DNA of 64,000 bases from Candidatus Sumerlaeia bacterium (GCA_033764015.1 JANRJK010000013.1:320001-384000), one strand, 5' to 3'. Shown: positions 1 through 9,014, numbered from the stretch's first letter. The notes: generated by a model not told the origin, from the letters alone. Translations and numbers: made by a program.

Positions 1-1
1 C

Positions 2-1879
2 GTCGACAGCTACTTCGCCGTCGCCGACAACGTGGTGTTCCGGCGCGCGCCCGGCACCAACAACGCTCCCCAGTTCACTTCGACTCCCCCCGCCTGGGTT
101 CAGCGCGGATCCGTCTACGAGCACCAGCTCGTCGCGGTCGATCCCGACGGTGACTCGTTCTCGTTCGCACTCGATGCAGGGCCGCTTGGCCTGACCGTGT
201 CGACTTCCGGCGCCGTGACCTGGAACACGGCTGCGCAAGCCCTCGGCGATGTGCAGGTCCGCGCCCGCGCCACCGACTCGCTCGGTGCCTCCGCCACCCT
301 CGAGTGGACCATCGGCGTGGTCACCCTCGTGGAACCCCCGCCCTTCTCCTTCGCGTCCTTCCCCGAGACGAACGCCGCCATCGGGGAGACGTGGACCTAT
401 TCGCCCACGCTCGCCGGCGAGGCCGACGACGCGTCCCCGGTCTTCTCGCTCACGGAGGCTCCTCCGGGAATGGACGTCGATCCGGTCACCGGCGAAGTCA
501 CCTGGGACACGACGGCCGTGCTCCTTCCGCCGGGAGGCCTCGCATCCTTCCGCGTCGTGCTCCGCGCCGACGAAGGCGGCGCCAAGGACCGCATCGCCAT
601 CCAGGAGTTCGCCGTCAATGTTGAGGATCGCTCCGACAATGTCATCGTCGAGCCAATCCTCCCGCCCTCGCCGAACGACGACGGTGGCTCGGCCTTCATC
701 GATTCGCAGTATAGCCAGGATGCCATCCTCTACGAAGGCGCGACTCCGGGGGTCGGGGCCACGGTCCTGGTCGCAGGACGCCGCACCCAGGCGGGCGACA
801 ACGTGAACAACCGGGCCGAGCGCGGCCTCCTCGGCTTCACAACCGCGCTCACCGGCCTCAATGCCCGCACCGCGAGGCTCCGCCTCACGGTCGACGGCAA
901 GACCGGTGACATCGCGGGGCTCGGCGACCTCGAAGTCTTCCTCGCCGACCCCTACTTCGGCACTACGCAGGGCTGGCAGCGCTCCGACTTCGAAGCGGCC
1001 CCCTCCGTCCCGGGCCGCGTCGGTGTGGTTCCGAACGAGGATCTGGTGAACGCCCAGGTCGGCGACGCCATCTGGATCGACCTCGATCCGGCGCTCGTGC
1101 CCCTCACGGGCAACGTCCAGTTTCGCTTCCAGTTCCAGAACCGCACGGACGGCAACAGCAGCAACGCCAACATCAGGTTCGGAGCCGGAGGCCATTCGGT
1201 GTCCAACCGGCATGTCCGCTCCGACCTCGTCATCGAGTACGATCTCGCGACGACGAACGGATGCGGTCTCAACCCGCCCGGCGGTGGCGCCCGCGTGGTG
1301 CTCGACCCGATCTACTCGATCCCCACCCAGGACGGCGTGGTGGTCGAGTTCCTCGCCAACTCCGACGTCGGCCTGTTGACCGACAACGCGAACGCCGTCG
1401 CCGAGTTCGGCGACACAGCCACCAACCAGCGAGTGAAGGCGCTTCTGGCGTTCGACACGTCCGCCTTGGCCACCTACGGCGCCCCCGCCGTGGTCGGCGC
1501 CAGGCTCTGCCTGACCCGCGAGTCTGTTTCCGGCAACCCGGCGCAGCTCGGTCGCGCGTATCTCGAAATGGTCTGCCCCAACCAGGCGGCCGCCTTCGGT
1601 CCGACCTCCGCCCTCGAGCGCGAGGACTTCGAAGCGTACGCATGGATCACCGACGCCACCGGAGGCATCCCCGCGCTGCCGTCCTCCAATGGCCAAACGG
1701 TCTGCTGGGAACTCTCCGAAGAGGCGCTCGCCGCGCTGAACCACTTCGGACCCACCCAGTTCCGCATCCGCTTCGAAAACGCGGAATCCGACAACGGCGC
1801 GAAGGACACGCTCCGGTTCTACTCCGGCAACGCGCGCGAGAACCTTCGCCCCCGCCTCGAACTGCAGATCGAACAGTGA
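2..1879 (+). CDS. 5'-truncated large surface/secreted protein: two putative Ig (He_PIG/cadherin-like) repeats followed by two tandem DNRLRE/CBM96-like beta-sandwich modules
   Basis: Frame is open to the window edge (VDSYFAVADNV...). Ig-type motifs NNAPQFTSTPP...AVDPDGD and APPGMDVDPVTGEVTW. Two similar C-terminal modules share R/K-xLLxFxT..L, DFEA, QFRxxF and a terminal P/D-L-x-I/L strand. Confidence 0.65.
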   Translation, partial: VDSYFAVADNVVFRRAPGTNNAPQFTSTPPAWVQRGSVYEHQLVAVDPDGDSFSFALDAGPLGLTVSTSGAVTWNTAAQALGDVQVRARATDSLGASATLEWTIGVVTLVEPPPFSFASFPETNAAIGETWTYSPTLAGEADDASPVFSLTEAPPGMDVDPVTGEVTWDTTAVLLPPGGLASFRVVLRADEGGAKDRIAIQEFAVNVEDRSDNVIVEPILPPSPNDDGGSAFIDSQYSQDAILYEGATPGVGATVLVAGRRTQAGDNVNNRAERGLLGFTTALTGLNARTARLRLTVDGKTGDIAGLGDLEVFLADPYFGTTQGWQRSDFEAAPSVPGRVGVVPNEDLVNAQVGDAIWIDLDPALVPLTGNVQFRFQFQNRTDGNSSNANIRFGAGGHSVSNRHVRSDLVIEYDLATTNGCGLNPPGGGARVVLDPIYSIPTQDGVVVEFLANSDVGLLTDNANAVAEFGDTATNQRVKALLAFDTSALATYGAPAVVGARLCLTRESVSGNPAQLGRAYLEMVCPNQAAAFGPTSALEREDFEAYAWITDATGGIPALPSSNGQTVCWELSEEALAALNHFGPTQFRIRFENAESDNGAKDTLRFYSGNARENLRPRLELQIEQ

Positions 1880-1884
1880 CCGCA

Positions 1885-1915
1885 GGAGGCGGGCCCGCCA
1901 AACGGGCCCGCCTCC
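1885..1915. terminator. GC-rich hairpin between convergent genes, probable terminator
   Basis: ggaggcgggcccg-ccaaa-cgggcccgcctcc, perfect 13-bp stem just after the stop at 1879. Confidence 0.6.
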
Positions 1916-2010
1916 GCTTCCCGGGATCCGTGCCTGGATCCTACGCCCGCTCGGTCATAGCCTCGCCCGGTTCGGCGCCCGGGAAAAATGCGGGGGCCTT
2001 AGCCTAGCAC

Positions 2011-2979
2011 TTAGCCGCCCTCACCGTCCCGGGCGTCGTGCATCTTGAGCGCTTCGATCAATCGCCCCAGCGGCTTCCCTTCGACTTCAATCAGCTTCTC
2101 CGCCTCGTAGCGGAGGTTGCGGATGTTTCCCGCGCTCGCGTCGTCCATGTCGTCCGAGGCCTCGTCGAGGGCGATCTGGAACCGGTAGTAGCGGTTCTCC
2201 GGAAGCAACTGCGAGAGTTGGTAGTGCGTCGCGTCCGAAACCCCGTCGAACATGCAGCTCAGTAGCGGCAGCAACCACCCCGCCTTGCCCCAGCCCTTCG
2301 CGTCCTCGAAGGGGATGGGGCGCGTCAGCTCCCCGGTGCCGAGTGAAACGACCAGGATCTCAGGCTCGTTGGGGAATCGGCGGCGCGCCTCGGCGTAGGC
2401 CGAGAGCGCGGGGCTGTTGATGAACACCCCGCCGTCGATCAACGCGGAAACGGAACCGCCGACTGAAATGCCCGCGGGCTCGAAGTACGTGGGCGCCGCC
2501 GAGGTGGCCCGCGCCGCATGGCGCATCTGCATACTCCGGTGCTCAGCCTTCCAACTCTTGATGAATGTAGGCGTCCGCTGCTGGATATCGTAGCTCGTGA
2601 CGAAGACGTCGCGCAGCGCGGATCCCATTGGCTCCCGCTCGAAGTACTCCTCCAGCACAGCCTCCAGACCCTTGTGGGAGTACTTCTCGTCCGTGACGCC
2701 CCCGGCCGAGGACACGCCTTTCCAAAAGCTTCGGGCGAAGATGTCCTTGCCGCGCTGCTCGTAAAGCTTGGCGACGTCCGACGCCGAGTACCGGGGCAGT
2801 CCCGCCATCGAGCCCGGCCGCGCCAACGCCAGCGAGATGATGCCGCCCGTCGAGGTACCCCCCATCAGGTCGAACATCCGGCACGCCGGCTTGCCGACTT
2901 CCTTCTCCAAATGCGCAAGCACTAGTGCGGGAATGATCCCCCGGATGCCACCGCCATCGATGCTCAAGACGGTTCTCAT
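2011..2979 (-). CDS. patatin-like phospholipase
   Basis: SIDGGGIRG oxyanion motif, GTSTG nucleophile elbow, DGG motif. ATG at 2979 is preceded by GGAG. Confidence 0.9.
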   Translation of the reverse strand: MRTVLSIDGGGIRGIIPALVLAHLEKEVGKPACRMFDLMGGTSTGGIISLALARPGSMAGLPRYSASDVAKLYEQRGKDIFARSFWKGVSSAGGVTDEKYSHKGLEAVLEEYFEREPMGSALRDVFVTSYDIQQRTPTFIKSWKAEHRSMQMRHAARATSAAPTYFEPAGISVGGSVSALIDGGVFINSPALSAYAEARRRFPNEPEILVVSLGTGELTRPIPFEDAKGWGKAGWLLPLLSCMFDGVSDATHYQLSQLLPENRYYRFQIALDEASDDMDDASAGNIRNLRYEAEKLIEVEGKPLGRLIEALKMHDARDGEGG

Positions 2980-3324
2980 GACTCCGCTCCAAGTTGGGTT
3001 CCTTGCAGCGGAAGGGCTATCCACGGCGCAAAGTCCGTCAACCTGTTTCGCCCCTTCCGCCGTCACGCCTCAAGACGTTGGGTCGGATCCCCAATGGCCA
3101 CTAATGTGAGCGCCAAAGTCCGATTTGTCTTGCCCACCCGTGCCGACCCCGCGACCCTCCCAACTTAAGCGCGATTCTTGGGGGGAGTTGGCCGATTCGG
3201 ATCGCGAAGCCGATCCACGCCGGGTGTGCCGGCTGGGCTGCGATCCACGAGGTCCGCTTCCTCCGCATGCGCACCGCGCCGCTGCGCGAACCCCGACGGC
3301 CGCGGAACCACCGGAGCGCTCCCC

Positions 3325-4995
3325 ATGAGCCAGACCATGGCACCCGAAGCGGCATGTTCCCCCCGCGTAATCGATACGCTTAGCGAGACCGACGTCGCCT
3401 CATTGATCGACCGCTACGGCTACTCCGCCGAGACGCGCCGCATCATCGCCGAAGAGAACCTGCTCCCGCGCGGCGTCCTGAGCCGCCTCCACGCCGCCTA
3501 CCCCCGCCTGTCCGGCTTCGCAGGCACCCGCCCGTTCCTCTTCAAGGACCGCGCCCAGTACGCCGGCCTCGACGGCTTCCGCGCGGTCGTCGCCATCCTC
3601 GCCGCCAACGGCATCCACATCGGACACCTCGAGGAGCGCGAGCTCTTCATCCGCGTGTACCGATTCCTCGCCTCGCGCCATGCCCTCAACAGCATCGACT
3701 GGTCGAACTACGAGCGCGATTCGGTGTTCCAGTTGATCTTCCCGCAGCCCGGCATGGTGCGCCGCGAGACGACCGGGGCCTACCTCGCCGCCGCCACGGA
3801 GGAGGAGCGCCAGCGCATCCTCGACGACTACCACGAGCAGACCAACCCGCACGACGGCCACCAGCTCCTCAACAAGCCCTGGATCGACAACGGCGACGGC
3901 GGCATCGAGATCCTCGAAGGCAGCCAGCACAAGTACCCCCAGTGCCAGTTGATCTTCGACAAGACCACGCAGAACTGCTTCGCCTTCTGCACCTACTGCT
4001 TCCGCCACGCGCAGGTGCGCGGCGACGAGGACATGTTCCTCCAGCGCGACATCGACCAGGTCCACGCGTACCTCCGCAAGCACACCGAGGTGACCGACGT
4101 GCTCATCACCGGCGGCGACGCGGGCTACATGCCCCCCGCCCGCCTTCGCGCCTACGTCGAGCCGATCGTCGACGACCCCGCGCTGCTGCACATCCGCACG
4201 GTGCGCCTCGGCTCGCGCGCGCTCACGTTCAACCCCGAGATGATCCTCACCCCCGCCTACGACAAGATGCTCGAGGTCTTCGACCTCCTCCGCGACAACG
4301 GCGTCCAGCTCGCCTGGATGGCGCACTTCTCGACGCCGCGCGAATTGCTCAACCCCAGCACCGTAGCCGCCATCCGCCGGCTCCAGCGCCACGGGGTCGT
4401 GATCCGCAGCCAGAGCCCCATGATGAACCACATCAGCCTCTTCACCCGCGAGGACGGCACCGTGGACGTCGAGCGCTCGGCGCAGAACTGGATCGACCTC
4501 GCGAACATCCTCGCCACGCTCCGCATCGGCTTCCATTCGATGTACTGCGCGCGCCCCACCGGCGAGCACCACTACTTCGCCGCGTCGCTCGCCGACGTGG
4601 CCCGCATCGCCAACCTGATCCACCGATCCCTCGCCTCGATCAACCGACCGTCGCGCTACGTCTCCATGACGACCTCCGCCGGCAAGATGTCGATCCTCGG
4701 GACCTGCGAAGTGAACGGCGAGACCGCCTTCGCCCTCAAGTTCACCGAGGGCCGCAACATGCAGTGGATGGACAAGGTCTTCCTCGCCAAGTACAACGAA
4801 ACCGAGCAGCGCGTGGACATGCTCGCGCCCTTCGACACGCAGGAGTTCTTCTTCGCGGAGGAGCTCCGCGCCATCGAGGCGGCGCTCGCGGAGGTCCACG
4901 CCAACCACCGCGCGGCCCCGTCCCGCTGCTGCCACGACGAGGAGCACGCCGAGGAGGCGCTCTTCGCCGCCGCCGCCCCCGCGGTGACCCGATGA
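3325..4995 (+). CDS. KamA-family radical-SAM/PLP aminomutase (lysine 2,3-aminomutase-like; substrate probably not lysine)
   Basis: CFAFCTYCFR (CxxxCxxC plus Arg), HKYP, DVLITGGD, VRLGSR, AHFSTPREL, SQSP, and SAGK (putative PLP lysine). Confidence 0.85.
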   Translation: MSQTMAPEAACSPRVIDTLSETDVASLIDRYGYSAETRRIIAEENLLPRGVLSRLHAAYPRLSGFAGTRPFLFKDRAQYAGLDGFRAVVAILAANGIHIGHLEERELFIRVYRFLASRHALNSIDWSNYERDSVFQLIFPQPGMVRRETTGAYLAAATEEERQRILDDYHEQTNPHDGHQLLNKPWIDNGDGGIEILEGSQHKYPQCQLIFDKTTQNCFAFCTYCFRHAQVRGDEDMFLQRDIDQVHAYLRKHTEVTDVLITGGDAGYMPPARLRAYVEPIVDDPALLHIRTVRLGSRALTFNPEMILTPAYDKMLEVFDLLRDNGVQLAWMAHFSTPRELLNPSTVAAIRRLQRHGVVIRSQSPMMNHISLFTREDGTVDVERSAQNWIDLANILATLRIGFHSMYCARPTGEHHYFAASLADVARIANLIHRSLASINRPSRYVSMTTSAGKMSILGTCEVNGETAFALKFTEGRNMQWMDKVFLAKYNETEQRVDMLAPFDTQEFFFAEELRAIEAALAEVHANHRAAPSRCCHDEEHAEEALFAAAAPAVTR

Positions 4996-5702
4996 TCGAC
5001 AAGCGGTGCGCCTCCGCGGCCGACGCGGTGCGCGACATCCGCGACGGCGCCACGGTGATGATCGGCGGATTCGGCGAGGCGGGCAGCCCCGTCGAACTGA
5101 TCCACGCGCTGGTCGACCTCGGCGTCCGCGGCCTCACCGTCGTCAGCAACAACACCGGCAGCGGGCGCGTCGGCCTCGCCGCCCTCATCGCCAACGGCCA
5201 AGTGGCCAAGCTGGTCTGCTCCTACCCGCGAAGCGCGAACTCGACGGTCTTCCCCGAGCTGTACCGCGCCGGGAAGATCGAGCTGGAACTCGTCCCGCAA
5301 GGCACGCTCGCCGAGCGTATCCGCGCGGGGGGCGCCGGCATCCCCGCGTTCTACACCCGCACCGCCGTCGGCACGCAGCTCGCCGTAGGCAAGGAGACCC
5401 GCGTCTTCGGCGGGCGCGAGTACGTCATGGAACTCGGCCTCCGGGCGGACTTCGCGCTCGTCAAGGCGCAGCGGGCGGACCGCTACGGCAACCTCGTCTA
5501 CCGCAAGACGGCGCGCAACTTCGGCCCCGTCATGTGCATGGCCGCGGACACCGCCGTCGTCCAGGTGCGCGAATTCGTCGAGGTCGGCGCCATCGATCCC
5601 GAGTGCGTCGCGACCCCCGGGATCTTCGTCGGCCGCGTCGTCGAGGTCCCCGATCCCGCGCACGAATCCCTCCTCGTGAAGGAAGGACGCAGCTACCCGT
5701 GA
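4992..5702 (+). CDS. pcaI: 3-oxoacid (3-oxoadipate-type) CoA-transferase subunit A
   Basis: MIDK...DGATVMIGGFG, SNNTG, PQGTLAERIRAGGAGIPAFYT, GNLVYRKTARNFGPVM. ATGA overlap with the upstream stop. Confidence 0.85.
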   Translation: MIDKRCASAADAVRDIRDGATVMIGGFGEAGSPVELIHALVDLGVRGLTVVSNNTGSGRVGLAALIANGQVAKLVCSYPRSANSTVFPELYRAGKIELELVPQGTLAERIRAGGAGIPAFYTRTAVGTQLAVGKETRVFGGREYVMELGLRADFALVKAQRADRYGNLVYRKTARNFGPVMCMAADTAVVQVREFVEVGAIDPECVATPGIFVGRVVEVPDPAHESLLVKEGRSYP

Positions 5703-6382
5703 GCACCTCCGCCGCCCTTGGCTGGACCCGCGAGGACATGGCCCGCATGGCCGCCGCCGACATCCCCGACGGCTCCTACGTGAACCTCGGCATCGGCATC
5801 CCGGAACTCGTCGCGCGCTACGTTCCCGAAGGCCGCGAGCTGATCCTCCACACCGAGAACGGACTCCTCGGCGTCGGCCCCGACCCCGCGCCCGGCGGGG
5901 AGGATCCGGAGCTGATCAACGCGGGCAAGAAGCCCGTCACCGCGATCCCGGGCGCCGCCTACTTCCACCACGCGGACAGCTTCGCCATGATCCGCGGCGG
6001 CCACATCGACGTCTGCGTGCTGGGCGCGATGCAGGTTTCCGCGCGCGGCGACCTCGCCAACTGGTCCACCGGCGAGCAGGACGCGATCCCCGCCGTCGGC
6101 GGCGCCATGGACCTGGTCTCCGGCGTGCGCACGGTCCTCGTCATCACCGAGCACACCACCAAGTCCGGCGAGCCCAAGCTCGTCGCGGAATGCACCTACC
6201 CCCTCACCGGCGGGGGAGTGGTGAGCCGCGTGTACACCAACCTCGCCGTTATCGACGTCACGGACGCGGGATTCGCGCTCCGCGGCCTCGCGCCCGGCGT
6301 CGACTTCGACTTTGTCCAGCAGCGCACCGGCGCCCCGCTCGTCGACGGCCGCCCGCGCATCGCCCCGGAGGCCAACCCATGA
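5699..6382 (+). CDS. pcaJ: 3-oxoacid (3-oxoadipate-type) CoA-transferase subunit B
   Basis: YVNLGIGIP, HTENG (catalytic Glu), SFAMIRGGHID, GDLANW, AVGGAMDL. GTGA overlap. Confidence 0.85.
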   Translation: MSTSAALGWTREDMARMAAADIPDGSYVNLGIGIPELVARYVPEGRELILHTENGLLGVGPDPAPGGEDPELINAGKKPVTAIPGAAYFHHADSFAMIRGGHIDVCVLGAMQVSARGDLANWSTGEQDAIPAVGGAMDLVSGVRTVLVITEHTTKSGEPKLVAECTYPLTGGGVVSRVYTNLAVIDVTDAGFALRGLAPGVDFDFVQQRTGAPLVDGRPRIAPEANP

Positions 6383-7713
6383 GCAGCGCACCGACCCGCA
6401 GCGAACAGCTTTACCAGCGCGCGCTCCGCGTCCTGCCCGGCGGGGTCAGCCGCAACGCGGTCGTCATGTCGCCGCACCCGATCTACGCCGCACGCGGGGA
6501 GGGCTGCCACGTCACCGACATCGAAGGCGTCCGCCGTGTCGACTTCGTCAACAACATGGCCTCCTTGATCCACGGCCACGCGAACCCCCAGGTCATCGCC
6601 GCGGTCATGGAGCAACTGCACCGGGGCACCGCCTTCGCCATGGCGACAGAGGTCGAGGTCTCGTACGCCGAGTACCTCTGCGGACGCTCGCCATCGTTCG
6701 ACAAGATCCGCTTCGTCAACTCCGGGACCGAAGCCGTGATGACGTGCCTCAAGATGGCGCGCGCCTTCACCGGACGGCCCAAGATCGCGAAGGTCGAGGG
6801 CGCCTACCACGGCATCTACGACTACGCCGAGGTTAGCCAGACCGCCGCGCCCGCCACCTGGGGCGAAGCCGACCATCCGGCCAGCGTCCCCGTCGCGGTT
6901 GGCACTCCGCGGGGCGTGCTCGACGACGTCGTCGTCATCCCCTTCAACGATCCGGCCCGGGCGCTCGAACTGCTCGACGAACACTCCTCGGAAATCGCCT
7001 GCGTCCTCGTCGATCCGCTCCCGCACCGCGTCGGCATGATGCCGGCCAGCCAGGACTTCGTCGGTGCGCTCCACCGCTGGGCGCGGGATGCCGGGGCCTT
7101 GCTCGTGTTCGACGAAGTCATCACCTTCCGCAGCGAGTACGGCGGCGCGCAGGAGTGGTACGGCGTGCGCCCCGACCTCACCGCGATGGGGAAGATGATC
7201 GGCGGCGGCTTTCCCGTCGGTGCCGTCGCCGGACGCGCCGATGTGATGGACGTGCTCAACCCGCTGGCGCCCAAGGTGCTCGTCCCGCACTCGGGCACCT
7301 TCTCGGCCAACCCCGTCACGCTCACTGCGGGCATGGCGGCGATGGAGCTGTTCGACCGCGAGGCGGTCGCGCGCCTCAACGCCCTCGGCGACCGCGCCCG
7401 CCGCCAAATCGCCGAAGCCATCGCCGAGGCGGACGTCCCGGCCTGCGTCACGGGCGCCGGCTCCATGTTCCGCATCCACATGAAGCCCGAGCCCCCCGCC
7501 GACTACCGGGGCGCATTCGCAGGACCGCTCGAAGCCCGCATGACGCGCACGGTGATCGACCACCTCTTCGACCACGGCGTCGCAGTGGTGAATAGCTGCT
7601 CCGGGTTCCTTTCCACGCCGATGACCGGCGCCGAGATCGACCTCCTTGCGGAGCGCCTCGTCGCCGCGTTCCGCGAGGCGCGCGAACTCATGGCCGTCGG
7701 CGCCGCCACCTGA
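6379..7713 (+). CDS. class-III PLP aminotransferase, GSA-aminomutase/beta-transaminase-like
   Basis: LPGGVSRN, FVNSGTEA, GAYHG, FDEVITFR, PDLTAMGKMIGGGFPVGA (PLP Lys), HSGTFSANP. ATGA overlap. Confidence 0.85.
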   Translation: MSSAPTRSEQLYQRALRVLPGGVSRNAVVMSPHPIYAARGEGCHVTDIEGVRRVDFVNNMASLIHGHANPQVIAAVMEQLHRGTAFAMATEVEVSYAEYLCGRSPSFDKIRFVNSGTEAVMTCLKMARAFTGRPKIAKVEGAYHGIYDYAEVSQTAAPATWGEADHPASVPVAVGTPRGVLDDVVVIPFNDPARALELLDEHSSEIACVLVDPLPHRVGMMPASQDFVGALHRWARDAGALLVFDEVITFRSEYGGAQEWYGVRPDLTAMGKMIGGGFPVGAVAGRADVMDVLNPLAPKVLVPHSGTFSANPVTLTAGMAAMELFDREAVARLNALGDRARRQIAEAIAEADVPACVTGAGSMFRIHMKPEPPADYRGAFAGPLEARMTRTVIDHLFDHGVAVVNSCSGFLSTPMTGAEIDLLAERLVAAFREARELMAVGAAT

Positions 7714-7732
7714 CCTCCGCCCGCCGACGCCC

Positions 7733-8935
7733 ATGAACCCCGTCTACATCTGCGACGCCGTCCGCACCCCGATCGGGCGCTACGGGGGCGCGCTCGCCGC
7801 CGTCCGCGCCGACGACCTCGCCGCGATCCCGATCAAGGCGCTCATCGAGCGGCACCCCGGAGTCGACTGGTCCGCGCTCGACGATGTGCTGCTCGGCTGC
7901 GCGAACCAGGCGGGCGAAGACAACCGCAACGTCGCCCGCATGGCGCTGCTCCTCGCGGGGCTGCCGGACTCCGTGCCCGGCTGCACCGTGAACCGGCTCT
8001 GCGGCTCGGGCCTCGACGCGGTTGCCACCGCTGCCCGCGCCATCGCGGTGGGGGAGGCAGACCTCCTCGTCGCGGGCGGCGTCGAAAGCATGTCCCGCGC
8101 CCCCTACGTCATGGGCAAGGCCCCCGCCCCCTTCGACCGCGGCCAGGCGCTCCAGGACACCACTATCGGCTGGCGCTTCATCAACGAGAAGTTCCAGGCC
8201 GCGTTCGGCACCGACTCGATGCCGGAGACCGCCGAGAACCTCGCCACGGAGCTCGCCATCAGCCGCGCCGACCAGGACGCCTTCGCGCTGCGAAGCCAGC
8301 AGAAAACCGCCGCCGCCCGGCAAAGCGGCGAACTCGCCGAGGAGATCGTCCCTGTCCGGATCCAGCAACCGAAGGCGGAGCCCGTCGTCGTGCACGGCGA
8401 CGAGCACCCCCGCGCCACCTCGCTCGAGAAGCTCGCGCAGCTCCGTCCGATCACGCGTCCCGGCGGGACGATCACCGCGGGCAACGCCTCCGGCGTGAAC
8501 GACGGCGCGGCGGCACTGCTCCTCGCATCGAAGGAGGCGGTCGAACGCTTCGGCCTGGCGCCGATGGCGCAGGTGCTCGGCGGCGCCGCCGCCGGGGTGC
8601 CCCCGCGTGTGATGGGCCTCGGCCCCGTGCCGGCCACCCGCAAGCTACTCGCGCGCCTCGGCCTATCCCTTTCGCAGGTGGATCTCATCGAGCTGAACGA
8701 AGCGTTCGCAGCGCAGTCCCTCGCCTGCACGCGCCAGCTCGGGCTCGCCGACGACGACCCGCGCGTGAACCCGCTCGGCGGCGCGATCGCGCTCGGCCAT
8801 CCCCTCGGCATGAGCGGCGCCCGCCTCGCCGCCACCGCCGCGCACCAGCTCCGCCGCCGTGGCTCCGGCACCGCCCTTTGCGCCATGTGCATCGGCGTCG
8901 GCCAGGGCATCGCGCTGCTGCTCCGCCGCGCGTAG
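7733..8935 (+). CDS. pcaF: 3-oxoadipyl-CoA thiolase (PcaF/PaaJ-like)
   Basis: DAVRTPIGRYGG, GCANQAGEDNRNVARM, NRLCGSG, NEAFAAQ, GHPLGMSG, CIGVGQG. Confidence 0.85.
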   Translation: MNPVYICDAVRTPIGRYGGALAAVRADDLAAIPIKALIERHPGVDWSALDDVLLGCANQAGEDNRNVARMALLLAGLPDSVPGCTVNRLCGSGLDAVATAARAIAVGEADLLVAGGVESMSRAPYVMGKAPAPFDRGQALQDTTIGWRFINEKFQAAFGTDSMPETAENLATELAISRADQDAFALRSQQKTAAARQSGELAEEIVPVRIQQPKAEPVVVHGDEHPRATSLEKLAQLRPITRPGGTITAGNASGVNDGAAALLLASKEAVERFGLAPMAQVLGGAAAGVPPRVMGLGPVPATRKLLARLGLSLSQVDLIELNEAFAAQSLACTRQLGLADDDPRVNPLGGAIALGHPLGMSGARLAATAAHQLRRRGSGTALCAMCIGVGQGIALLLRRA

Positions 8936-9014
8936 CCGCTCCACTAACCCCTTGCCCGCCGCCCCCGCCCTCCCGCGTAAAGGGTTTAATATCCCGAACA
9001 AGGCGCATCCCAGC

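Noticed and set aside
2011..2979. Patatin as a CBASS CapV-type anti-phage effector
   Set aside because: No CD-NTase, Cap2/Cap3 or other defence gene is adjacent; it is a stand-alone patatin
3067..3324. Possible riboswitch (e.g. lysine) in the leader of the aminomutase operon
   Set aside because: Only short 5-6 bp hairpins (3199-3216, 3219-3233), expected by chance at this GC content; no recognisable riboswitch consensus
3325..4995. Calling the radical SAM gene kamA/epmB (lysine 2,3-aminomutase)
   Set aside because: The lysine-binding acidic residues appear absent and there is no efp/epmA, ablB or lysine-fermentation context, so the gene symbol is withheld
6379..7713. hemL (glutamate-1-semialdehyde aminomutase)
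   Set aside because: Lacks the HemL N-terminal signature and has no tetrapyrrole gene context
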